Source: an uncultured Gemmatimonadales bacterium
GTDB taxonomy: Bacteria > Gemmatimonadota > Gemmatimonadetes > Gemmatimonadales > GWC2-71-9
Reading direction: 5' to 3'
Assembly: GCA_963779755.1 (NCBI GenBank)
Contig: CAVZZO010000001.1
Span: 128,001 to 192,000 of the forward strand
Length of the DNA: 64,000 nucleotides
In this document: one piece after another, positions 36,777 through 45,717 of the stretch
How the letters are laid out: the number at the start of each line of letters is the position of its first letter
Numbering within the stretch: the stretch's first letter is position 1
Translations under genes and position numbers: made by a program
The notes under the pieces: model-generated
What the model saw: only the letters and a program-made list of their open reading frames with translations
What the model was told of the DNA's origin: nothing
Database searches by the model: none

Positions 36777-37307
36777 ATGAACGACGATCTACGTTACCCC
36801 ATCGGCAGGTTCACCCGTCCCGGGCCGCTTACGCCGGCCGATCGGGCGCGATTGATCGACGAGATCGCCCATGCACCCGGGGCGCTGCGCCAGGCGGTGG
36901 ATGGTCTGGATGACCGCCGGCTGGATACGCCGTACCGGCCCGGCGGCTGGACAGTACGCCAGGTGGTGCATCACCTGCCGGACAGCCACCTCAACGCCTA
37001 TACCCGGTTCAAGCTCGGGCTTACCGAGGACGCGCCGACCATCCGTCCCTACGACGAGAGCGCCTGGGCGGAGCTTCCGGAGGCACGGGCCGCGCCTATC
37101 GGGATCTCGCTGGACCTCCTCGATGCACTCCACATCCGCTGGGTGATGATGCTCCGCGGCCTGCACCAGACCGCGTTCGCCCGCAGGATTCTCCATCCCG
37201 AGAGCGGCGAGATGTCGCTCGACGTCCTGCTCGCCCTCTATGCCTGGCACGGCAGGCACCACGTCGCCCATGTGACCGCCCTGCGGGCGCGGGAGGGCTG
37301 GCGCTGA
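36777..37307 (+). CDS. bstA: YfiT/BstA-type DinB-superfamily thiol transferase
   Basis: DLRYPIG, TPYRPGGWTVRQVVHHLPDSH, YAWHGRHHVAH. Confidence 0.85.
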   Translation: MNDDLRYPIGRFTRPGPLTPADRARLIDEIAHAPGALRQAVDGLDDRRLDTPYRPGGWTVRQVVHHLPDSHLNAYTRFKLGLTEDAPTIRPYDESAWAELPEARAAPIGISLDLLDALHIRWVMMLRGLHQTAFARRILHPESGEMSLDVLLALYAWHGRHHVAHVTALRAREGWR

Positions 37308-37341
37308 CGGAGTGCCGACCGGGGGGCGCGGCACCCCGGCA

Positions 37342-38235
37342 ATGAATCAGCCTGTCCGAGGGTTGATCGCGCTCGCCACCAGCGCCGACTACCCGGCGCT
37401 CACCAGCGACGACCGGGCGCTGCGCGACGCCCTGGCCGGCGCAGGGTACGAGCCGGCGGTGCGCCGGTGGGACGATACGGCCGCGGACTGGGCCGGCTAC
37501 CGGGCAATCATCATCCGCTCCTGCTGGGATTATCACCGCCGGATCGCGGAGTTTCAGGGCTGGCTCGACCGGCTGGAGCGCGCCGGTATGCAGGTTTTCA
37601 ATTCCGTGCCGGTGCTTCGCTGGAACGCCCGCAAGACCTATCTGAAGGATCTCTCGGCCCGCGGAGTGGCCGTGGTGCCCACCGCCTGGGTTCCCCGGGG
37701 GACCAGAGCGGCGCTGAGTGCCATAGGCGCGGAGCAGGGGTGGGGCCGGATGGTGGTCAAGCCGGTGGTGTCCGCGTCCGCCTTCCACACCTGGCGGACC
37801 GGGACGGAAATCACGGACGAGGATGAATCGGCATTCCGCAGCATGGTGGCCGAGCGCGATCTGATGGTCCAGCCCTTTCAGCCCGAGATCGAAACCGCCG
37901 GCGAGCTGTCGCTCATCTTCTTCGGCACCCGCTTCTCTCACGCGGTCCGCAAGCGTCCCAGGCCCGGAGATTTCCGGGTGCAGGCGGAGTTCGGCGGGAC
38001 GGCGGAACCGGTCGCGGTGGGTGAGGACATCATCGGGCAGGCGGCTGCCGCGGTGCGGTGCGCGCCGGAACCGACACTCTACGCGCGGGTGGACGGCTGC
38101 GAACTCGGCGGCACCTTCCGCGTCATGGAGCTGGAGCTGATCGAGCCATGGCTGTTCTTTCTGGAGGAACCCAGGGCGGCGGGGCGGTGCGTCGAGGCGT
38201 TGGGGGGGGGATCAGTCTTGTCTAGCGCGATATAG
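37342..38235 (+). CDS. ATP-grasp protein (RimK/glutathione synthetase-like)
   Basis: IRSCWDY, WNARKTYL, VVKPVVSA, QPF, GELS, DFRVQ, YARVD, MELELIEP. Confidence 0.85.
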   Translation: MNQPVRGLIALATSADYPALTSDDRALRDALAGAGYEPAVRRWDDTAADWAGYRAIIIRSCWDYHRRIAEFQGWLDRLERAGMQVFNSVPVLRWNARKTYLKDLSARGVAVVPTAWVPRGTRAALSAIGAEQGWGRMVVKPVVSASAFHTWRTGTEITDEDESAFRSMVAERDLMVQPFQPEIETAGELSLIFFGTRFSHAVRKRPRPGDFRVQAEFGGTAEPVAVGEDIIGQAAAAVRCAPEPTLYARVDGCELGGTFRVMELELIEPWLFFLEEPRAAGRCVEALGGGSVLSSAI

Positions 38236-38252
38236 CTGGCTATAATAGCCAG
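38218..38252 (+). promoter_or_regulatory. sigma70 promoter for a probable leaderless TA mRNA, with operator palindrome
   Basis: TTGTCT (38218-23), 17 bp, TATAAT (38241-46); ATG at 38253; inverted repeat CTGGCTAT-A-ATAGCCAG (38236-52). Confidence 0.75.
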
Positions 38253-38549
38253 ATGAGAGCCTATTCTATTTCCGAGGCCAAGAACCGCCTGAGTGCCCTG
38301 CTCGCCCGGGTGCGCAAGGGCAACCGTATCGTCATTACCGACCGGGGGGTTCCGGTCGCGGCTCTCGTTCCCCTGGACGACAGCGGCGCCCCGGCTGCTA
38401 CCGAAGGCAGGCTGCTCCGGCTGGAGCGGGCGGGTCTCATCGCCCGGCGCGCGCGGCCGCTCGCTCCCGAGCTCTATCAGACCCCGCCGCCCCGGGCCCA
38501 AGGTCTCGCGAGCGCGGCATTGCTGGCCGAGCGATTGGACGGCCGGTGA
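38253..38549 (+). CDS. Phd/YefM family antitoxin
   Basis: SISEAKNRLSALLARV..G..IVITDRGVPVAALVP. Confidence 0.9.
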   Translation: MRAYSISEAKNRLSALLARVRKGNRIVITDRGVPVAALVPLDDSGAPAATEGRLLRLERAGLIARRARPLAPELYQTPPPRAQGLASAALLAERLDGR

Positions 38550-38987
38550 GGTTCTGGGACAGCTCCGCGCTGCTGCCCCTCCTGGTGCGGGAGCCTGCCA
38601 CCTCCGCCCTTCAGAAGCTGCTTCGGGCTGATGCGGAAGTCTTCGCCTGGTGGGGGACGCCGGTCGAGGCCGCGTCCGCGCTGGCGCGCCTGGCCCGGGA
38701 GGGAGCACTGGAGCCCGGGGATCACCAGGCCAGCCTGGCCCGTCTGACGCGGCTCACCCAGGGGATGGGCCGAGGTCATTCCGACCGATGCGGTGCGGGA
38801 CCAGGCGGGCAGGCTGCTGCGGCTGCATCCGCTGCGGGCGGCGGACGCCCTGCAGCTCGCCGCCGCGATCATCGCGTGCGAGCATCAGCCGGAGAGCCTC
38901 CCGTTGGTGACACTGGATCAGCGCCTGGCGGAGGCCGCCAGGCGGGAGGGGTTTGCAGTCCTGCCGCAGTCGGTGGGCGGTGAGTGA
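38546..38987 (+). pseudogene. vapC: VapC PIN-domain toxin, frameshifted (pseudogene or sequencing error)
   Basis: FWDSSAL N-terminus; LRAADALQLA and VTLDQRL in another frame; deleting one G from the run at 38761-64 restores ...QGWAEVIPTDAVRD. Confidence 0.85.
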
Positions 38988-39167
38988 TGGGGAAGGGCGA
39001 CCGGGCATGGCGCGCGGGCGAGAGCGCCAACCATTCTTCCAGCACGAGCCACTATCCGCTTCCGCACCATCCCGGTTCTAGAAACCCCGACCTACTCAGC
39101 AGGCACTCCCGCGGCCTTCCTAATGCTATCGACTACCACCTTGTCCGCGGCCCCGGACAGCAAGAGA

Positions 39168-39563
39168 TCAGCCGACAGAAGAATAGCTTCCGCAATACCT
39201 GCGCTTGTCAATGGTCTTGCCGAGACTCGGACGCGCTCGATATCCGATCAGGATGGCGCCGGCATCACATGCATAACCGAGCACGAGCCTCCGGTCCTCT
39301 GCTGAAAGCGGAGGGTCAATTGCATCAAGAACCAAGCCTCGGCGGTAGTCATCGTTATTGGTTTCACTCATCTGTAACACGGGGCCAGCTTCTCCCCCAA
39401 ACTCGCGCAAGTACGTACCCTTCGCCCTGAAGGCCACATCGTTGCCAACATCGACCGTATTCGAGATGAGATCTGCAAGAACCCATTCCAGAACCTTCGG
39501 TCTCGTCGTCCGTATTGAATCCAGCATACTCTGCAAATGGGTTGTCCAACCCGACCTCGACAT
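39168..39563 (-). CDS. hypothetical protein fragment in a lower-GC patch
   Basis: 131-aa ORF; may be part of a frameshifted gene spanning about 39092-39740. Confidence 0.35.
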   Translation of the reverse strand: MSRSGWTTHLQSMLDSIRTTRPKVLEWVLADLISNTVDVGNDVAFRAKGTYLREFGGEAGPVLQMSETNNDDYRRGLVLDAIDPPLSAEDRRLVLGYACDAGAILIGYRARPSLGKTIDKRRYCGSYSSVG

Positions 39564-39936
39564 GCGTCTTCAATCCGCAATCTGACCTCCCGCGAGATCT
39601 CAGGAAGCTTCGCAAACACCCGAGTCGTCGTTCTAAGATTACAGGCCGCGGGCAGCGATAGGCCCCCCTCTCTCGGACAGCCCTAAGGCGACAACTCCGA
39701 AGAGACACAGCAAGGCGGCGGTGTAGTTGCTCCCTACCATATGGGTTCCTTTCAGCACCCAGGTGGCCTTCCCCCGTGATTGAGCCACGATAGGATCTGA
39801 GGGTCCCGACCGGCCTGACGGCCCGGAGGACCCATGAACGCGCTGCTGGGGTCGGGGAAAAGGGACGGGCCGAGGCCGGTGAGCGGTGAGCGGGTGGGGC
39901 GGGCGAGTCTGGACCAGTACCGTTCTCGGAGCAGAA

Positions 39937-39965
39937 CCTGCCGTCCTGCCGTCTTGCCGTCCTGC
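39937..39965 (-). repeat. GGCAGGAC-type repeat, about 3.5 units, directly 3' of tRNA-Cys
   Basis: cctgcc gtcctgcc gtcttgcc gtcctgc on the + strand. Confidence 0.85.
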
Positions 39966-39969
39966 ACAG

Positions 39970-40041
<72 letters not shown>

Positions 40042-40108
40042 GGGAGGGGGAAATCTATAAGGGCACCGGACAGGCGCCACCTTCGACCTTCGACCGCCCA
40101 GGATACCA

Positions 40109-40468
40109 CTGCCAGCCCTCCGCATCCTCATCGTCTGGCCCGACCAGTGGCCCCGGGCCCTGCTCCGCGCCGAGCTGGTGGAACGCGGCTACGACGCCAT
40201 TGGCGCCACCAGCCTGCTCACCGCCATGCGCTATCCCGAGCGCGATCCCGACCGGGGACCGGTACGGTTGCTGATCCTGGATCAGTCCGCGCTGGACTCT
40301 CCCGTGCTGCTGGAGCGCTTGCGGGCCCATCACCCGGGCTGCCGGACGCTTCTCATTGCCCCGGGCGGGTCACCAACCCCTCCGGGCCACTGGGACCTGC
40401 TTCTTCACCGCCCCATCAGTGTGGGAGATGTGGCGACCGCGGCGGAGAGCTTGCTGAAGCAGGACTAA
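40109..40468 (+). CDS. degenerate receiver-like domain protein, probable CTG start
   Basis: RILIVWPD...RALLRAELVERGY, LLILD, HRP; frame is open upstream of GTG 40178 back to a TAA at 40058 with no standard start; AGGA precedes the CTG. Confidence 0.6.
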   Translation: MPALRILIVWPDQWPRALLRAELVERGYDAIGATSLLTAMRYPERDPDRGPVRLLILDQSALDSPVLLERLRAHHPGCRTLLIAPGGSPTPPGHWDLLLHRPISVGDVATAAESLLKQD

Positions 40469-40487
40469 GCTGGGGAGAACTTCCTTC

Positions 40488-40871
40488 TTACTCCCCTGCC
40501 GTCTTGCCGTCCTCCTGGCACATCTCCGACCAGTCCACCGGCGCCGTGTTCCCGCAACGGCTGCAGCGCAAGGTCTCGGGCCGTTCGGTGAAGTCCTGGC
40601 GCTCCCGGCAGCGCGGGCATACGGCGTAGAGCGGCGTGACCGGTGTGCCCCCCCAGGCGGGGCGCAGGACGCCGACCCGGCGGACCACCGACCAGCAGGA
40701 CGGGGCCTTGTCACGCAACCGCACCAGGCCGGCGGCGATGGACACTTCCCGCCGGTCCACCAGGAGCACCAGCTCACCCGATGGCGCGTGCCGCACCACC
40801 GGATACCAGGCGCCGCGCCGAAGCAGGTCGGCGCCGGGTTGGTCCAATCGGGCCCACTGGGGGGAGGTCAT
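40488..40871 (-). CDS. hypothetical protein with C-terminal zinc ribbon
   Basis: CPRC...CSRC; the last residues are encoded by GGCAGGAC-type units. Confidence 0.7.
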   Translation of the reverse strand: MTSPQWARLDQPGADLLRRGAWYPVVRHAPSGELVLLVDRREVSIAAGLVRLRDKAPSCWSVVRRVGVLRPAWGGTPVTPLYAVCPRCRERQDFTERPETLRCSRCGNTAPVDWSEMCQEDGKTAGE

Positions 40872-41021
40872 GACGAATATTCAACAATAACGCAGACCCG
40901 AGAATTCGCTCCGTCTTGCTCAGGCCAGGTGAGCCGCTCCCGAGCGGGTGGCCCGCCGACATTCATGCCTGCTCGGGGTACAAACCGGGCGGGAACAGGG
41001 TCGCCCTCGGCGACCGGGCGT

Positions 41022-42404
41022 TCAGCGCGGAACCGGCAGGCCGCTGGGGACACGCTCCGGGATCAGAGACGTGAGGTCGCGCGCGGCGGGGTCGGTGAGT
41101 GCCTGCAGGTAGGCGGTGAGCGCATCGACCACCTCGGGCGCGAGCACCACACCATCAATGATCGTATCACGCGTGGCGAGGACGGCCCCGGCATTGTCCA
41201 CCAGGGTGGGCCGCAGCGCCGGTTCCAGCTGCGAGACGTCGTAATGCCGGAGCTTCTCGTCCGACTCGCTGTAGTGATCAATGAAATCGTGCAGGCTCAC
41301 GAATTCACCCGCGTGGCCATAGGGACCCGGTGAGCTCCACGTTGCGGAGCGGCGTAGTGCGGAAGGCATAGCGCTGCGCGGGATCTCCGGTAATGCGTTC
41401 CCGGCCGAAATCGTCGTTCCCGAGGGGCCCGTCGCCCCGGCCGGGGCCGAATTGCGCCAGGGCGACGTTATGGAATGCGCCGTCGCTGAACGCCGGCCCG
41501 TTGTGGCAGATGGAGCAGCGGATCTGCATGAAGATGCGCGCGCCTTCGAGTTGCTCCTGGTCGAGCGCATTGTCATCGCCGGCGAGGAAGCGGTCCCAGG
41601 GCGAGTGATTAAAGGCCAGCTCCGCCGTCATGAAACCGGCCATGGCATTGGAGGCATAGGCGAAGTTCATCCGCTCGAACGGCGTCCCGGGATATGCAGC
41701 CTCGAAGAGCTCGCGGTACTCGGGCACTGCCCCGAGCCTGTCCATGAGGGCGCGCCAAACGCGTCCACTCTGGTTATCGGGGATACTCGCCAGCTCGTTC
41801 CCGGAGTCGCCGCGCATTTCGGCCCGGGAGAGCACCGGCAGCAGGCCCACGGCAGACAGGGCCCCGAATTCGAACGCACGTGACATATCCTCGGTGACCT
41901 GCGGACCGAGCGAGCCGCGGAAATGCCCCCGAGCGTCGAGCTCGACCCGGCCGTCCCAGAAAAACCTGCTGAGGACGTGCAGGTTGAAGAGCGGCGGTGC
42001 GTTGCGGGGAATGAACTGCCCGTCCGGGTGCACCCGCGCCGGGCCCAGTCCGGTGCCGCCCTGGCCGATGGCGAGATGCCGGGCATCGCCCAGGGCGAAC
42101 CTCGGCGCGTGGCAGGTCATGCACGCGATGTCCCGGTTTCCACTCAGGATGGGATCGAACAGCAGGGCCTGGCCCAGCCGGACCAGCGCCGGCCGTACGG
42201 CCGGCGGAGTCGGCAACGGGCCGATGCCTCGCTCGGCGGCGAGTTGTCGCACCTCACCGGCAATGCTGCCCATCTCCGCCGACATTCATCGTGACTGTCG
42301 GCCCTGCGGGATCCAGCGTGCCGCGGTCTCCGCAGCCGGCGGCAGCCAGCTGCCGCGAACAGCATTAGCGGACCGATCGGGGACTTCGGCTGGCCTCTGG
42401 ACAT
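41022..42404 (-). pseudogene. diheme cytochrome c peroxidase/MauG-superfamily lipoprotein, frameshifted (pseudogene or sequencing error)
   Basis: LFDPILS, CMTCH, RNAPPL, FWDGR, CSICH, FRTTPLRNV then PYGH in another frame; extra bases at about 41327, 42270 and 42350; reconstructed lipobox AAGC. Confidence 0.85.
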
Positions 42405-43123
42405 GGCTGGCATCCGTGCCTGCGCCGGAGTATCAGCGGAGACCCGCCGCGGGCGGGCCTCCGTCGATCAGCCGGGTTACGGCGTGCAGAGATGGAGCGG
42501 TCGGGACTGATCTGACACTCACAGAGCGGCACGTTCCGGTTGAAGTTCTCGAACATGCCATCGGGGTTGTGCATCCAGGGCCAGATATGCGCGATCCATC
42601 CGGCATGTGCGTCGTTCCAGGTCAGCGGCGTGCCGATGCCCTCGAGAATCGGCGGCTGTCCGGGATAGCCCGACGACGCGGGAGAAGGATAGAGGGTCCC
42701 CGGAATGAAGTAATCGAAACCGGCGTACTGGAGCTTCCCACTCGCGGGGTCGAGAGCATAAACGATAAGTTCCGGCTGGAGCAGGGTCGTCCGATCATCC
42801 AGCAGCGCCGGATTGAGGGTGTGGTAGCCCATACCCCGCGCCTCGGCGGCGGACAGCCCTTCCGTACGCTCGTCCGAACATCCCACATCCACCGTATAAC
42901 CCGCGGCTTCCGCCAAGGTACGGTTGTGCCAGCTGGCGGTCTGCTTGCGCAGCGCCGCCAGGGCCTGTTCGAGGTCCGCCGGCAAAGCCGCCGAGGCCAG
43001 GGGCGTGGTTGCGGAGGGCGAAGCGGTGGCCTCGGAAGGGATCCTGCTGTCCGGGTTGCAGCCTGCCAACGCCAGACAGGCAGCTACCGCCGCGAGACTT
43101 GATGCGAAGGAAGTCGAGTGCAT
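42365..43123 (-). CDS. hypothetical lipoprotein with His/Met/Trp motifs
   Basis: GGAGG RBS, lipobox LAGC, GMGYH, PELIVY, HIWPWMHNPDGMF; the true stop may be the out-of-frame TAA at 42477 before the hairpin. Confidence 0.78.
   Translation of the reverse strand: MHSTSFASSLAAVAACLALAGCNPDSRIPSEATASPSATTPLASAALPADLEQALAALRKQTASWHNRTLAEAAGYTVDVGCSDERTEGLSAAEARGMGYHTLNPALLDDRTTLLQPELIVYALDPASGKLQYAGFDYFIPGTLYPSPASSGYPGQPPILEGIGTPLTWNDAHAGWIAHIWPWMHNPDGMFENFNRNVPLCECQISPDRSISARRNPADRRRPARGGSPLILRRRHGCQPCPEASRSPRSVR
42437..42463 (-). terminator. GC-rich hairpin between the lipoprotein and diheme enzyme genes
   Basis: CGGAGACCCGCC-GCG-GGCGGGCCTCCG; no U-tract. Confidence 0.5.
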
Positions 43124-43323
43124 GGTGGCCTCCAGGGTGCGGGGGTTCGAGATCTGGTCCGGAGGGAGCAATCTTGCCCCTCCCGGTATCTTGGAATACG
43201 TTGGCAAGAAGCGGTCAACTACCGGTCAGCGGCCGGTCAACGGCGGCTAACCCGTTGGCTGACCCCGCATCGTGGCTCGATCCGCCGCGACTGCGGCTGG
43301 ACCGTGCTCCGGTATCCCTTGAT

Positions 43324-45693
43324 ATGATCTCCCTCAGGCTCTTGGGCGGCGCATCCCTCGAGAGCGACGGCGCGGCATTACGTGGCCCGGCTGCCCAGCG
43401 ACATCGCCTGGCGCTGTTGTCGCTGCTGTGCGTTTCCCATCCTCGCGCGCTCAGCCGCGACAAGCTGGTAGGCTACCTCTGGCCCGGGCGCGACGCCGAG
43501 CCTGCCCGCAACCTGCTGAAGCAGGCGGTGCATGTGTTGCGGAAGACGCTGGGCGACGCCGCCATCCTCTCCGCGGGGGACGATCTGCACCTCGGTTCCC
43601 CACCGTTGGACTGCGATGTCTTTGCGTTCCAGAGTGCACTGGCCGCGGGGGACCGGGAAGGGGCAATCGGGCTCTACGCCGGCCCGCTGCTGGACGGCTT
43701 CTTCCTGAGTGAGGCGCCGGAATTCGAGAGCTGGCTCGACCAGGAGCGCGAGCGGTTTCGCCAGTCCTGGCGCACGGCCCTGGGAGAGCTGGCAACGGAG
43801 AAGAGTACCGTGGGCGAGGTCGGCCGCGCCGTGCAATGCTGGCGGCGTCTCCTCCTTGACGATCCCTACGATGCGCGAGTCACGCTCCGGTTGATGGAGG
43901 CGCTGGAGGCGGCGGGCGACCGCGCCGGCGCCCTGCGCCAGGCGCGCCTGCATGAGATCCTGCTGGAGCAGGACTTCGGAGCCGGGCCGGACCCGGCGGT
44001 GCATGCGCTGGCCGAGCGTATCCGGGGGGGATATACCGGAGATGACCCGGCGTCGTCAGCGGACCGTCAGTCGGCGGGGGCGGCCGACGAGGTGATCGCT
44101 CCCGATGGTTCGCCAATGGCCGCGGTGCCCGTGGAGGGCACGGCGGCCGGTGAGAAGCCCGGCCGACCCAGCTGGGGAGGCAAGCGGGCGGCGGGGCTGA
44201 TTGCCGCGCTGCTCGTGCTGGGGTCCCTGGCCTGGGTGTCGGCGCGCTCGTTCCATCACCCGCCCAGCAGGGTCAGGAGCATCGCCGTTCTTCCTCTGGC
44301 AAACCAGACCGGCGATCCGGGGCAGGATCACTTCGTCGCCGGGATGCACGACGCCCTGATCTCGGAGCTGGCCCAGGTCGAGTCCTTGACGGTCTACTCC
44401 CGCCAGTCGGTTCTCCGCTACGAGGGCAGCGACCTGCCACTGCCGGTGATCGCGGAGCAACTGGGGGTGGATGCCCTGGTGGAAGGCATGGTCTTCATGA
44501 GCGGCGACACGGTGCGCGTCAGCGTCCAGGTCGTTCGGGCACACCCGGAAGAGCACCTGGCGTCGTTCATGCTCACGAACTCGCGGGACCGCGCCCTCTC
44601 GCTGCAGGGAAGCGTGGCGCGTGCCGTCGCCGACAGTGTGCGGGTGAAGGTCACGCCGGAGGTCCGCGCCCGACTGGCGCGCAACCGGTCGGTCAATCCA
44701 GCCGCCCAGGAGGCGTTCCTCGCGGGCCTGTATCATCTCGAATATGCCTCCTACGGGCCCCGGCTCCCCGCGACTCGGCGAACGGCAGAACTCCGACTGG
44801 CTATCGCCAAGCTGGAGGAGGCGGTGGCGCTGGATTCCACCTGGGCCAGAGCGTACGCGAAGTTGGCGCTGGCCGATCATTGGCTGGCGAGCACTCAGGA
44901 GAGCGTGGCAGGAGTGGCAGATGAGTACTACCCGAAGGCGAAGGCGGCGGCGTTGCGGGCGCTCGAGCTCGACAATACGGAATCGTGGGCCTATGCCTCG
45001 CTCGGTTTTGTCCTGTTCCGGTATGAACACGACTGGGCAGGCGCGGAGCAGGCGATCCGGCGGGCGGTCGAGCTGGACCCGAACTCACACCACTGGATCT
45101 ACGCCATCTACCTCATGGGCCTGGGTCGGTACGACGAGGCGATCGGGCAATACCAGATGGCCACGGAGCGAGACCCGCTTTCGGATCTCCTGAAGACCCA
45201 GATTGCAGGCGCGTACGCCTGCGCCAATCGCCATCAGGAGGCCATCGCACAAGTCAACCAGCTGCAGGCCCGCGCGGCGCCGGGAGGAGGGCGGGTGGTT
45301 ACGCCGGAGTTGCTGAAGTTCCTCGTGGACGAGTATTCCCTCATCGGGGCACACGCCCAGGCCATCGAGCTGGCGCAGCGGTTGGTCGCGACGACCGACA
45401 CCCTTTCCTCCGGACCCGAACTTGCATTCGCCCTGGCGATGGCCGGCCGGCATGACCAGGCCCGGTCGGTACTCGCGCGGGTAGCCGCGAAGAGTCCCAC
45501 CGGCCACTTCTCACCGTATCCCCGGATCTATGTGGCCCTGGGTGACACCGACCGTGCCATCGCTGCAATGAGGGCGTCGATCGACTCAGACTACGCCATA
45601 GCAACCTCCATACGGTGCTGGACCGCGTATCAATTGCTGCGCGATGACCCGCGGATGCAGGCGCTGGTGAGCACGCTGGATCTTCCCAACTGA
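43324..45693 (+). CDS. SARP-like wHTH/BTAD + TM + TolB-like N-terminal domain + TPR transmembrane regulator
   Basis: LRLLGG, LSRDKLVGYLWP, LYAGPLLDGF, FESWLD; TM segment; SIAVLPLAN; TPR helices. Confidence 0.85.
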   Translation: MISLRLLGGASLESDGAALRGPAAQRHRLALLSLLCVSHPRALSRDKLVGYLWPGRDAEPARNLLKQAVHVLRKTLGDAAILSAGDDLHLGSPPLDCDVFAFQSALAAGDREGAIGLYAGPLLDGFFLSEAPEFESWLDQERERFRQSWRTALGELATEKSTVGEVGRAVQCWRRLLLDDPYDARVTLRLMEALEAAGDRAGALRQARLHEILLEQDFGAGPDPAVHALAERIRGGYTGDDPASSADRQSAGAADEVIAPDGSPMAAVPVEGTAAGEKPGRPSWGGKRAAGLIAALLVLGSLAWVSARSFHHPPSRVRSIAVLPLANQTGDPGQDHFVAGMHDALISELAQVESLTVYSRQSVLRYEGSDLPLPVIAEQLGVDALVEGMVFMSGDTVRVSVQVVRAHPEEHLASFMLTNSRDRALSLQGSVARAVADSVRVKVTPEVRARLARNRSVNPAAQEAFLAGLYHLEYASYGPRLPATRRTAELRLAIAKLEEAVALDSTWARAYAKLALADHWLASTQESVAGVADEYYPKAKAAALRALELDNTESWAYASLGFVLFRYEHDWAGAEQAIRRAVELDPNSHHWIYAIYLMGLGRYDEAIGQYQMATERDPLSDLLKTQIAGAYACANRHQEAIAQVNQLQARAAPGGGRVVTPELLKFLVDEYSLIGAHAQAIELAQRLVATTDTLSSGPELAFALAMAGRHDQARSVLARVAAKSPTGHFSPYPRIYVALGDTDRAIAAMRASIDSDYAIATSIRCWTAYQLLRDDPRMQALVSTLDLPN

Positions 45694-45717
45694 AGCGATT
45701 CCGCGCGATGCCCCCGC

